Assembly: GCA_951406725.2 (NCBI GenBank)
Contig: OX597814.1
Coordinates: forward strand, 198,214,001-198,278,000
DNA: 64,000 nucleotides
Reading direction: 5' to 3'
Source of the DNA: Octopus vulgaris
Taxonomy: Eukaryota
Each line of letters starts with the position of its first letter. Position 1 is the first letter of the stretch. Below are positions 38,705-52,472 of the stretch, piece by piece. Both the position numbers and the translations under genes were made by a program. The notes under the pieces were generated by a model. It ran no database searches. It had not been told where the DNA came from and was given only the letters and a program-made list of their open reading frames with translations.

Positions 38705-38945
38705 TGTGGAAGCATGTGGCTTACTGGTTAGAGTGTCAGCATCATGATTGTAAGATCGTGGTTTCAATTCCTAGACCGGGCGATGCGTTGTGTTCTTGAG
38801 CAAAACACTTCATTTCACGTTGCTCCAGTCCACTCAGGTGGCAAAAATTAGTAACGTTGCGATGGACTGGTGTCCCATCCAGCTGGGGAACACATACGCC
38901 ATTGAAACTGGGAAACCAGGCCCATGAGCCTAGCTAGGCTTTAAA
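38705..38945 (+). mobile_element. tRNA-derived SINE family C. Relatives: 1-250(+), ~8920-9250(-), ~47420-47615(+), ~57560-57750(-)
   Basis: A/B-box-like head followed by TTGTGTTCTTGAGCAAAACACTT...CTCCAGTCCACTCAG shared among copies. Confidence 0.7.
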
Positions 38946-39444
38946 AGGGTGGCCATGCTGGAGCACCGCCTCTAGTCAAGCAAATCAACCCCAGGACTTG
39001 TTCTTTGTAAGCCTAGTACTTATTCTATCTGTCTCTTTTGCCGAACTGCTAAGTTACAGGGACGTAAACACACCAGCATCGGTTGTCAAGGGAGGTTGGG
39101 CGGGGACAAACACAGACACACAAACATATATACACACATACATATATATATACATATATATGATGGGCTTCTTTCAATTTCCGTCTATCAAATCCACTCA
39201 CAAGGCTTTGGTCGGCCCAAGGCTATAGTAGAAGACACTTGCCCAAGGTGCCATGCAGTGGGACTGAACCCGGAACCATGTGGTTGGTAAGCAAGCTACT
39301 TACCACACGGCCACTCCTACGCCTATATACAATTCCTTATAATATTCAAGTATAAAAATATAAAAGGATTTTTTTAAACATCAAATGGCTATGAGGGTCC
39401 ACCCATGTAAAACAGAAATCAAAGGGGTCCACAGGCAAAAAAAA

Positions 39445-39625
39445 AAACTTAGTTTTTACAAAGTTTACCTTGAGACCTCTCGACTCTAGATTTAGCTTCC
39501 ATGCCTGGAATTTTGTCTCTAATTCCACTATAGATTCAACTATGAGAACTACATGATCAGTATACTGGAGTAACTGTGGACAACCAGTCTGTGATGTATA
39601 GGAGAGAACCAAGCCTTGACCAATA
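39445..39625 (-). mobile_element. Degenerate RTE-like reverse-transcriptase fragment
   Basis: LLQYTDHVVLIVES..ELETKFQAWKLNLESRGLKVNFVKTK (decayed YADD region). Confidence 0.65.
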
Positions 39626-41695
39626 CCTTGTAAACTCTATTTAGTTGAAGAAAGTTATGCTGAAGCAGCCCATCATATAAGTACATGTGTGTATGTGTAT
39701 CTATGTTTATGAGAACCACTAATCGAGATGGATGGAAGATTGCATCTCAATGAAGAGTTCCGTTTTTTTGGTGTTTTGTGTACAAATATGTTTTTGTAAG
39801 TCTTCATTAAAACTGCTTGAGCAAAAGTGGAGACATTGTTTTTATTCTCCAGTAAACAAAAGTTTGATAATTTCATTGGTTTTGATATGTAAAGACAAGT
39901 GGAATGAAACAAGTTTATTCTGATAACAAGGTCTAATGACAGAAAAAATACATTCATTCACAGAGAAGCTGCTTCGCTAAGCCTTGTCTAATCTACTGCA
40001 AGCATATAAATCATCGTCATTTAACTGTGTTCTATGTTGTCATGGGCGGGAGGGTTTGACAGACAAAATATGACTAGTCTGAGGGTTACGATAGTCTCTA
40101 ATGTTTTCTTGGGTGAAATATATATGGCTGGCTGCTGTCCCTAATACGAGCCACTTGACACTGTACTGGGTGATTTTTTTCATGGCACCAGCACTAGGTC
40201 ACGAAGTAACTCACAAGACAAGATCTCAAGACGATCGTGGTGCAAAACAGAGTACGAAGATTACAGAGACTAAAGTAGGATATGGCTACCCTAGCAGGAA
40301 AGGAAGAAAGGCTAGTAGAGATGAGGTGTCACTGTATACACACGTCATACAAGGTGACTAGAGAGAGAACAGGGACTGAGAATCAAATTGAGGACGGCTG
40401 GGTGGGTATGTAGACCCACAAGAATGAAGAGGGATATATATTGTATTCGATTAATCTGTCAATAGTTTGCCCCCAAGTAATTAGCTATAAGGTTAAATAT
40501 TTAGCACACACACACACATATATTCATATATGGCTACACTTTTCACGAAATGAACCAATTACCGGTACCCCAATTACCAAGTCAACCAAAAGATTTTCAG
40601 ATTTGACCTGGGACTAAACAACTACAAATAGTCCCTTATGTCCACGTAGATAGAAAAAACAACGAAATTTAATAAAGCAGATGGTGACGTATAAATTTTT
40701 GCCGGACACTGGACTAACAAATTAACAGAATTAATTTCGGGGCAGATATTTAAGTAAATTTTTATCGATCCCGGGATAAAAGAGAAAGTAGAGCTCAGTA
40801 TGATTTGAACACAGAACATAAATAGGCGAAGTCGACGGAAATCTGTGCTTCTACAACCGAAACTATGCCAATATCAACCGAAACTATGCCAATATAAAGA
40901 GATAAGTATAGATATAATTTTTTAAAAATTCGACAGCAAAATCCGGAAATAAAAGGCCAAATAGTAACATACTGGCTTTTAGCTCAACTAAAATATTATT
41001 TCAGTGTTGTATTTGCTTGGCAAATTACTCGTGAATTGAAAGTGAAACAATCACATCATCGTAAAATTATATGAGCCAATTAAAAAATTAGAATACATGG
41101 ATTTTTGTTTATTTCTTAACAGTTGCAAAGGTGAAATGTTGAAAACTTTTGTCGCACTTCTGCAACTTGTCACTGATAAATGATGCAATAGAACTGTGTC
41201 AACGATCATCTGCCCGAAAAGTACAACAAAACTTTTTCACATTGGATATTATGGGATACTATTATGAAAGAAAACTAGAGCGAATCGTCGAATGATTAAC
41301 ATGACGCACCTAAGAAATAATTAAGGCAAAGGAAAACTCTAATTCGACGTCGCGAAAACTAAAAGCTTAAAAGAAATTTATCCATTAATTAGGAATCGAA
41401 CCCCGAACTAGTACATATAAAATACAAAGGAAGAGGGTGAGAAATAGTATCTCTTAATTAAATCTAAAATAGAAAGAGTGGTTGTTGTAATATAATAAAT
41501 GATTACTAATGAGGCGTGGGTCCTGTTGATATGGTTGTTAAGAGGGCCGGGCTCCAAAGCCGGCAATTAGTAAAACAAATACGCATACAACTACATTTAT
41601 ATTTAATATATTTCACCCATTTAAATAGATGATTCTGTAAGCGGATCGATAAATAAATATATATATATCATAGATGAGTAAATATAAAGCCAAAC

Positions 41696-41830
41696 CTTTG
41701 ATATTGTGAGGAGGACCAGTTCGTTCTGTTCTGTGTAGGAAATGGTTTTGCAGCAGTCTGCCACGAGTAACATCACAACGAGGCTGGATTAAACTTTCCT
41801 GTCAACATGGACCCGCGACCTTATCACTTG
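41696..41830 (-). promoter_or_regulatory. Candidate non-coding first exon / TSS region of GMPPB
   Basis: Repeat-free, locally GC/CpG-richer patch between the two genes, ending in a plausible donor AAG|gtttgg; coding exon 1 starts at an acceptor, so an upstream exon is expected. The link to GMPPB is inference. Confidence 0.45.
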
Positions 41831-43681
41831 GCAACTAAATTTCGCGTTTATTTGTTGTGGGGGGATTTTCTTTTTTTTTTATGTATTGTATATTTATATT
41901 TTATTCTACAGTTTCTAAACTGTGTTGTTTGCTATGGGATTTCAGCCAACCAATATCTGGTTTACAGCATATCTAACAGTAAGAATGGCAACGGAACTAT
42001 TAGTACCTTCATGGGGAGGACTTTATTTTCGTAAACGACTTCGCTCGTTGAGCACCGGATCTGTTATTTTTGATGTTAAAAACCAGAAAAACAGAAGCAT
42101 TTACAGATACACATAGATATTTCTTTATTGCCCACAAGGGGCTAAACATAGAGGGGACAAACAAGGACAGACAAAGGGATTAAGCCGATTACATCGACCC
42201 CAGTGCGAACTGGTACTTTATTTATCGACCCCGAATGGATGAAAGGCAAAGTCGACCTCGGCGTAATTTGAACTCAGAACGTAACGACAGACAAAATACC
42301 TATTTCTATTTCTTTACTACCCTCAAGGGGCTAAGCATAGAGGGGACAAACAAGGACAGACATAGGTATTAAGTCGATTACATCGACCCAGTGTGTAACT
42401 GGTACTTAATTTATCGACCTCGAAAGGATGAAAGGCAAAGTTGACCTCGGCGGAATTTGAACCCACAACGTAACGACAGACGAAATACGGCTACGCATTT
42501 AGCCCGACGTGCTAACGTTTCTGCCAGCTCGCCGCCTTGTACATACATATATATATACGCAGCAGAGGTTCCTGGCAATATCTAGTTATTGTAGCGAAGT
42601 AACATAATACATTTGAGAGTGATTTCGTTACTATTTTCACTATATCGTATTACATACTTGGAAACATTTGTCAAATCATACATACATGTATACATATAAC
42701 AACAGCAAAGTGTATTTAGAAAGAATTTTTGCTGTTTCTACGAGGTCTTGTTGCCATTTAGAGATCACTCTTAATACATAAAGCAGTAGGCTAATGATTT
42801 GAGGACATATGGCTGCTATCAAATCTAACTACCTTGTTGGGACCCCCTTCATAGGTTATACGTATGGCATGCTTTCGATAAAACTGTAGGATATGAATTT
42901 AGGGAGATTTGGCGGTTATTTAGGAAATACTTCCTCCCCACCACAATACAAAAAATATTTCTGAGTCAACTTGTATCATAGGAATGCTGGGTATAAAAGA
43001 TGTTTCTCTGTGGAATAATCAGTCAGAATGAATAATATAAGTTTCCTTTTTAACAGCTGGATGCCCTTCCTAATGCCAACCACTCCGAGAGTGTAGTGGG
43101 TGCTTTTATGTGCCACCGGCACGAGGGCCAGTCAGGCAGTACTGGCAACAGCCACGCTCAATGGTGTTATATATATATATACTAGAAATGAGAGAGGCAA
43201 AGCGTAAAATATTGAGTTTTTTTAATTTTTGCTTAATTGGGGGTCAAATTGAAAAACTTTATGTGCCATGACCCAATCGAATCTACTTTGAAAAATCATA
43301 GGTAAATTCCAATTGTAGAATTGTATTAAAAAGGAACATGGGAACAGGCAGAGAAAATCTGCTTTTTATCCTAAGAGATATATATATATCATCATCATCA
43401 TCATCATCATCATTTAGCGTCCGTTGAATAAAAATGTAAACTTGGAAGTATATAATAATGCTACCAGACAGTACTGGGTAATTCTGAGGGTGGACGAGCT
43501 TTATACTGTACTTTACCACGTTCCTAATAGAATATACCATAACTATATATCTATATACCGTAGTACCTCAGTTTGGGAACAACTCTGATCACGAATAAAT
43601 CGTGCTTTATATCTATGTATACCAATATATATAAAGCAGGATTTATTTGTGATCAGAGTTGTTCGAAAACCGAGGTACTAC

Positions 43682-43720
<39 letters not shown>

Positions 43721-43815
43721 AGTTCAGCAAAAATTTAGATTCAAATGAATATGGTACTTAATTTAGATGCACCAGAATTCTGTATGGTGTTATCTATAAA
43801 AATCCGTGGGGTGAT

Positions 43816-44023
43816 TATAATCAAAATAAGCAACAAGAATGACTCCGGTAATTTGGTACGATCGTTTCGTACTACATCATTTTATTAAATGTTGTAAGTA
43901 TTACAACAGTTTTAAAATGCATTTTAAAACTGTTGTAATACTTACAACATTTAATAAAATGATGTAGTACGAAACGATCGTACCAAATTACCGGAGTCAT
44001 TCTTGTTGCTTATTTTGATTATA
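43816..44023. repeat. Perfect 208-bp palindrome with no spacer
   Basis: 104-bp arms checked base by base; centre ATG|CAT at 43919/43920. Confidence 0.97.
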
Positions 44024-44226
44024 TATATTTAAAATCTTTTATTCTTTCTTTTACTTATTTCAGTCATTTGACTGTGACAATGCTAGAGCACCACCTTTAG
44101 TTGAACAAATCGACCCCAGGACTTATTCTTTGTAAGCCTAGTTCTTATTCTATTGGTCTCCTTTGCTGAACCACTAAGCTAAGGAGACGTAAACACAGCA
44201 ATATCAGTTGTCAAGCAATGGTGGGG

Positions 44227-44270
<44 letters not shown>

Positions 44271-46898
44271 ATATATATATATATATATGGCACGTAAAAA
44301 GCATCACCCGAGCGTGGCCGTTCGCCAGCCTCATCTGGCACCTGTGTTGGTGGCACATAAAAAGCACCCACTACACTCACGGAGTGGTTGGCGTTAGGAA
44401 AGGCATCCAGCTGTAGAAACATTGCCAGATCAGACTGGGTCTGGTGCAGCCTTCGGGTTTCCCAGACCCCAGTTGAAGTGTCCAACCCATGCTAGCATGG
44501 AAAGCTGACGTTAAACGATGATGATACCAGGCATGGTCCCAGGGATTTTTTGAAGGGAGGGCACAAGGTCAGAAGGGAATACAATTCCAGGAGAAAGGGG
44601 CTTATTAATATTATTTAGAAGGGCACAGTTCTTTTCTTGAGTGGGGTACATGCCCAAGAAGATGTGGGATGAGGTCATGAAATATGGTCTTTGGTTGTTG
44701 AGTTTCATGGAGGAGACTGACCGACAAGGGATAGAGACCTCTTGCAATTTACTGTGCTTGAGAAGGCACATCAAGCTAAGAGAAATTATGACCATGGCCA
44801 GTGCTGGTGACACATAAAAGGCACCCAGTATATTCTCTAGCGTGGTTGGCATTATGAAGAGCACTCGGCTATAGAAACTATGTTAAAACAGATTGGAGCC
44901 TGGTACAGCTCTCCAGCTTACAAGTTCCAATGAAACTGTCTAATCCATGCCAGCATGGAAAATGGATGCTAAATGATGATGATGATGATATAAACCTGAA
45001 CAAGGCGGCAAGCTGGCAGAAACGTTAGCACACCGGGTGAAATGCGTAGCCGTATTTTGTCTGCCGTTACGTTCTGAGTTCAAGTTCTGCCGAGGTCTAT
45101 TTTGCTTTTCATCCTTTCGGGGTCAATAAATTAAGTTACCAGTTACACACTGGGGTTGATGTAATCGACTTAATCCCTTTGTCTGTCCTTGTTTGTCCCC
45201 TCTATGTTCAGCCCCCTTGTGGGCAATAAAAAAATAAGAAACGTTACTTCTGAGTTCAAATTCTGCCGAGGTCGACTTTGCCTTTCATCCTTTCGGGGTC
45301 GATAAATTAAGTACCAGTTACGCACTGGGGTCGATGTAATCGACTTAATCTCTTTGTCTGTCCTTGTTTGTCCCCTCTATGTTTAGCCCCTTGTGGGTAA
45401 TAAAGAAACGAATACAAACCTGAACAATTATTTTATAATTGTTAAATATTTTCTTAGTGAGAATTTGTCATTTACTCAGAATTGCAAAGATGGAAATGAT
45501 TTGACTCTCTCCGAAGAGCTTTGGCTTAAAAATCAATGGTCGACATAACCATGTATACGTGGGTGAGAAAAGAAGAGGAGGAGAAGTGATATGGGAGCAA
45601 GAAAAGGTGTACATGACGGAGAGATATGAGACCAAGAAAATGATATAGCAAATAAAGAGAGGGAGAAGTTTTTCTTACTACCACTCCTCATTCCTCCTAC
45701 TCTCTTGACTCCTCCCACTTTCAACTGTCATTACACACAGGCAAACAGCCAAGTTCAAACTTATATAAGTTGTAAGATAAACAGTGGAGAATTGGTTAGA
45801 CAGAATGCTTGTTTGTTTTGGCTTCTTGAACTCAAATCCCACTAAGGTCAGCTTTGCCTTCTGAGATCAATAAATGTTAATCCAGGTAAAGGATTGGTAG
45901 AATTGTTGGAGCATTGGAGGAGATTACTTTGTGATAGTTCACATTGTGCTTGGGAGTACCTCAGTTAGCCAGTGGGGACAGATAAGCCCACAACCAGCAT
46001 AAAAATATATTTCTTTACTACCCACAAGGGGCTAAACACAGGGGACAAAACAAGGACAGACAAACGGATTAAGTTGATTATATCGACCCCAGAAATGTTA
46101 GCACGCTGGGCAAAATGCGTAGCCGTATTTCGTCTGCAGTTACGTTCTGAGTTCAAATTCCGCCAAGGTCGACTTTGCCTTTCATCCTTTCGGGGTCGAT
46201 AAATAAAGTACCAGTTACGCACTGGGGTCGATGTAATCGACTTAATCCCTTTGTCTGTCCTTGTTTGTCCCCTCTATGTTTAGCCCCTTGTGAGCAGTAA
46301 AGAAATATATATCAACCCCAGTGCGTAACTGGTACTTTATTTATCGACCCCGAAAGGATGAAAGGCAAAGTCGACCTCGGCGGAATTTGAACTCAGAACG
46401 TACCGGTAGATGAAATACAGCTACGCATTTCACCCGGCGTTCTAATGTTTCTACCGGCTCGCCGCCTCTACAACCAGCATAAATAAGCTGTTAACAGTAT
46501 ACTGAGATGTCATATACTAATAAATCAAAAATGACTGTGTGTATGTGTATATAAACAGTTTGGTTCTTTGTTTCTCTGGAGAGTGTCAGAATGATGTGGA
46601 CACCTCTGACGAAAACCCAATAAGGTTTGAAAATCAATTAAGGCTGTTCTTCCTTTTTTCAGTCTGCAGAGAAATGGCTAAAATTTGCCCTCTCTTTTTA
46701 CTCTTTTCTCTTTTACTTGTTTCAGTCATTTGACTGCGGCCATGCTGGAGCACCGCCTTTTTTTAGTCGAGCAAATCGACCCCGGGACTTATTCTTTGTA
46801 AGCCCAGTACTTATTCTATCGGTCTCTTTTGCCGAACCGCTAAGTGACGGGGACGTAAACACACCAGCATCGGTCGTCAAGCAATGCTAGGGGGACAA

Positions 46899-46939
<41 letters not shown>

Positions 46940-48822
46940 TACGACAGGCTTCTTTCAGTTTCCGTCTACCAAATCCACTCACAAGGCATTGGTCGGCCCG
47001 GGGCTATAGCAGAAGACACTTGCCCAAGATGCCACGCAGTGGGACTGAACACGGAACCATGTGGTTGGTTAGCAAGTTACTTACCACACAGCCACTCCTG
47101 CACCTAACTGTAGATTATTTTTATAAATATGAAATACATAGTAGTTATTTCCAATTTTAGTACAAGGCCATAAATTTTTATGGCTGTAGTAACAGAAATA
47201 GTTAACTGTTTTTTTCTCTGTTTATAATAATACCATATGTTACATATTTATTATATCATACCTTTATACTGTGTGGACTATGATCCCTGTTGACAGGCCA
47301 TTGGTATTTTGTGAGTGTTTATTGAGCGAAAACACCTAAAGCTCCACGAAGCTCCGGCAGGGGATGGTGGTGATCCCTGCTGTACTCTTTCACCACAACT
47401 TTCTCTCACTCTTACTTCTTTTTTCTGTTGTACCTGTATTTCAAAGGGCCGGCCTTGTCACTCTCTGTGTCACGCTGAATATCCCCGAGAACTACGTTAA
47501 GGGTACACGTGTCTGTGGAGTGCTCAGCCACTTACACGTTAATTTCACGTGCAGGCTGTTCCATTGATTCGGATCAACCGGAACCCTTGTCATCGTAACC
47601 GACGAAGTGCTTCCATTTATGGAGTATTAAACACTGTTATGCAAATTAGGGACCTCTTCATAGAGTAACTGCTGCATTTGTTGAGTATATAAACAGTTTG
47701 GCTCCTTGTTTCTCTGGAGATTTGTGGAAGTGATGCGGATGCCTCTGATGAGAACCAAATAAGGTTTGAAAATAATTAAGGTTGTTCATCTTTTTTTTTT
47801 CTCAGTCTGTGGAGAAATAGCTAAAAGGAGACAGAAATGCACACACACACAACAGGCTTCTTTCAGTTTCCCTCTACCAAATCTACTCATAAGGCTTTGT
47901 TTGACCCAAGACTATTGCAGAAGACACTTTCCCAGTGTGCTATGCATTGGGATTGAACCTGAATCCTTCAGACTGTGGAACAAACTTCTTAACTACATAG
48001 CCATGTTTGTTTATCTAAGAAAAATGTGAAGCTTCATTTTAAATAAAATATTAAAACATCGAGACTTTTGGAAATATGCTGTGCTTGAGAAGACTCGGCA
48101 AGCCCAACTGAGACCATAACCTTGTGGCCTATGCCAGGGGTGTAACCAGCCCACTTATGCATACCTTTCCTTCATTGGACACTAACCTCTGCTTGCGAAG
48201 ACCTGTTGAGGCAAGTGAAATTGAAATCAAATTCGGTGACTGTTATCCGTGCTAGTGGAGCGCTAAGAGCACCATCCAAGCGTGATCGTTGCCAGAGCAG
48301 CTAACCGGCTTCTGTGCCAGTGGCACGTAAAAAGCACCATTCGAGCGTGATCATTACCAGTGTCGCCTTACTGGCACATGAAAAACAACATTTGAGCAAG
48401 GTCGTTGCCAGTGCCGCTGGACTGGCTCCTGTGCAGGTGGCACGTAAAAAACACCATTTGAGCATGGCCATTGCCAGTACCGCCTGACTGGCCCTTGTGC
48501 CGGTGGCAAGTAAAAGCACCCACTACACTCTTGGAGTGGTTGGCATGAGGAAGGGCATCCAGCTGTAGAAACTCTGCCAGATCAAGATTGGAGCCTGGTG
48601 CAGCCATCTGGTTTGCCAGTCCTCAGTCAAATCGTCCAACCCATGCCAGCATGGAAAGTGGGCATTAAACAATGATGATGACAAAAAGACCATTTGAAAA
48701 ACAGGGTTGGTTTTTTTAAAAATGTTTATTTTGACATGAGAAAATTTTACAAAGAGCTATAAAAAAATAAAAATTTATAGCAATATGGTTTGAAGTGAGA
48801 TTACTTTCCAATAGAACTAAAT

Positions 48823-48966
48823 TTACCATATAAATGGTGCCCGTTCTCTTAGTATGCGTACACTCCATTGCTGCCATTCTTTTTGTCGGATCCAAAGTTC
48901 CTGTGTTGTGTCTAAACAGGAGAGTACAGAAGCACCTTTCCACGGTATTAAATTTGGTTCCATATC
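48823..48966 (-). CDS. ACTR8: ACTR8 terminal exon (DMEPNLIPWKGASVLSCLDTTQELWIRQKEWQQWSVRILRERAPFIW*)
   Basis: gtcag| acceptor, TAA at 48823-48825; read in a different frame from ORF-track entry 48716..48973. Confidence 0.95.
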   Translation of the reverse strand, partial: DMEPNLIPWKGASVLSCLDTTQELWIRQKEWQQWSVRILRERAPFIW

Positions 48967-49449
48967 CTGACAATGGATAAAATTCTTCATATCAGCCATT
49001 ATATTTACACAAGTATAACATGAACAAATTCAAGAAAAAAAAATCTCAAAAGAATAATAATAATAATAATGGCTTTAAATTTCGATACAAAGGCAGCAGT
49101 TTTAGGGGAGGGGACAAGTTGATTGCATCGATCCCAGTGTTTAACTGGTACTTAATTTATTAATCCCCCGAAAGTATGAAAGGAAAAGTCGACCTCAGGG
49201 GAATTTGAACTCAGAACATAGCGGCAGACGAAATACTTATTTCTTTATTACCCACAAGGCGCTAAATACAGAGAGGACAAACGGATTAAGTCGATTATAT
49301 CGACCCCAGTGCATAACTGGTACTTATTTAATCGACCCCGAAAGGATGAAAGGCAAAGTCGACCTCGGCGGAATTTGAACTTAGAACGGCAGACGAAATA
49401 CTGCTAAGCATTTTGCCCGGTGTGCAAACAATTCTGCCGGCTTGCTACC

Positions 49450-49480
<31 letters not shown>

Positions 49481-52433
49481 GACCAAAACAAAAATGAAGT
49501 ATTTCGTTTTGGGATTTGGTTTGCAAGATTCTTTATATGAGTTTGTGTGTTGAAGCATATTCTGTTGTGTCTGGGGAGAGTCAAAACTATTGGAAAGGTT
49601 GCAAGACGCAACGAAAATTTTAGAAAATAAAAATAAGAAAAAAAAGTGGAAATTCTACCGGTGAGTGTGTTAAATAATAAGGCACTAAAAGAGAATGACT
49701 CTCCCCAGACACTACAAAAATGAAGTACATCAAGCTAACCATATTCTCAAGTTCACTTTTGGTAACTTTTAGTAGATTTTAGTAGATTTTGGTAACTTTT
49801 AGTAAATCTTTATATGCAAAGTGAACAATGAGAATCAAACTGATGACTCGATAGGCAGCCTCTGCAAAGCATGATGTGATGCACTGCATGGCTCTTTCTG
49901 TGTGTGCAACAAGTGCAGCACCCATTGGTTCTGGAATACTGCAAAGTTATTCAACATGAAATTCAGTGAAGTGTTGTTCTATATGATTGAGAGGAAACAT
50001 TATTTAGCAAACCAAAGGACTGTGCCAATATCTAATGTCTTTTTTGGGGTGGTATTATTAAGGGACAGATAAGGCGGTGAGCTGGCAGAAACGTTAGCAC
50101 GCCGGGCAAAATGTTTAGCAGTATTTCGTCTGCCACTACATTCTGAGTTCAAATTCCACCGAGGTCAACTTTGCCTTTCATCCTTTCGGGGTCAATTAAA
50201 TAAGTACCAGTTACGCACTGGAGTCGATATAATCGACTTAATCCCTTTGTCCTTGTTTGTCCTCTCTGTGTTTAGCCCCTTGTGGGCAATAAAGAAATAG
50301 GTATTATTAAGGGACAGAAAAGGGGTCTTGCATTAGAGGAGAAACGTGGTTACCTCAGGTAAGGAGAAAGTGAGAGGGAGGAGAGAAAAATGAAGATGTG
50401 ATAGGCAGGGGCCATACACTTAAATTATAGAGAAGTGCATAGAGCAAAATGGGCTGGGGCTTGGTGAGTGGATGAGCAAGTTCACAAGATTTCTAAGGGA
50501 GAGTGGGAGCTAGAGTAGGGGATGTCATGGAGAAAAAAATGGGAATTCTTCATACCTTAGCTCTAGTAATAACATCCATTCCTTCCAAAGTAAACCTGAA
50601 CTGAACAGGCATTTGGGACCACAATCGATGCTGAATCCAGCCTTGGACACCACGTATGTTTAACCCTCCTCCAATTACAAGAATACAGCTATACATTTTC
50701 TTTTTAACTTCATCATTACCTGAAATGAAATGAAAGAACTTCAAAATAAATATTCATGAACATAGCAAAAAGCTGAGTTTACTGGAAACTGAAAACTTGT
50801 GTACAAAAGATATTTCTGAGTCAGATGGCATCATGGGTAATTTGAGTATAACAGCAACTGCTTCCATGACCAACAAGTCTAAATAGAAGCCTGAATAATG
50901 TGATATTAAATTCTTTTTCTTTTAGGTGCAGGAGTGGCTGTGTGTTAAATAGCTTGCTTACCAACCACATGGTTCCGGCGTCAGTCCCACTGTGCGACAC
51001 CTTGGGCAAGTGTCTTCTACTATAGCCTCAGGCCGACCAAAGCCTTGGGAGTGGATATGGTAGAAAGAAACTGAAAGAAGCCCGTCGTATATATGATATA
51101 TATATATATGTATATGTGTGTATATGTTTGTGTGTCTGTGTATGGAGGGAGGAAGGATATCAGGTGTAGTGTTGGCGAATTTCAGGAAGCATGAAGGTTT
51201 TAAAGGATGTAATGTCTCAGTAACTAACAACTGATGCAGGTAGTTTGTTCCATGCTTCAACAACTCAGAGTGTGAAAAAATGTTCCCAAAAGTCATGGGA
51301 GCTGTGCTGTTTTCTGACTTTGTAGGTATGCCCACGTGTGTTAGACACATGGAGCTCAAAAAGGTGCTCAGGGTGGTTATTGTTGTGATGGCTAATAATT
51401 TTGTGGGTGTTTACTAAGTCAGCTGCCAGACGTTGGAGCTTCAATGTATCTATGCCTAGGGAAACAAGGCATTCAGAGTATGGTAGATGACTGATGGAGG
51501 GTACTCGCTTGGTTGCACATCTCTGAAGTTTACAGAAGGTCAATGCCCTGAGCAAGATAGGGATTCCAGCCTGGTGATGCAAATTCCAAGTGTGGCCGCA
51601 CCATAGCCATACACAGCCTTAAATAGATAGCTGGAGAGCAGCTGACAAAGGTCTTTTGTTGTTGTTGTTTATTGTTAAGCAACAAGATAGGTAAGGGTGA
51701 TTAGGTGATGGTCTAGGGCTTAGGGGTGGGAGACCCCAGACCTTGGGAAAAAAAAACTTTGGTCGTCTTGTTGTAGTCAAGGGCTTTTGTTGACGCCCAA
51801 CACCACTGGGAGGTGGCCCTTGAAGTCACTGGAAATGGAGATCTCCAGGTTCAAATTCTTGAACGGCAGACAAAGGTCTTGCTGAGTGATGCAGCAACAC
51901 CATCCCTAAAGAATATTCTTAACCAACAAGCCAAACATGCAACTATAAAATCTATAAAACAGAATTGAAACCCATGGAAACTGGACGACATTTTACTGAC
52001 TCGTGGAACAAAGAGTAACTCACTGAGTTTATTAATGCTGTGTAAAATAGCTTGGTCAATGCCCATAAGTTGTAATAAAGGTCCAGTGTCTTGAGGCTCC
52101 TCCTCTTCCAAATCTAGTTTCCTCTCTCCTTTGTAAGTGTCATTTCCAGAGAAATTGTCCGGACCATCATATGAGTCTTCATCTACCAGCTGTGGATGGC
52201 TCAGGTTAGTGTCTTCATACTGACTAAACGAGGTGTCCAGCTGGTTTAAACTTGCTTCGACATTCTCCTTCTTCCGAGCTGCATTCAAACGAGCCGCCTG
52301 TAGAACAAACAAGAAGAAAAATTTTCAGTTATCAAATAAGGACTTACAGAACAAAGAAAGCAATCACTGGCTTAAAAATATATACACACATGTGAATGGG
52401 TGTGTATGTACAAGTGTCTGTATATATCTGATT

Positions 52434-52472
<39 letters not shown>

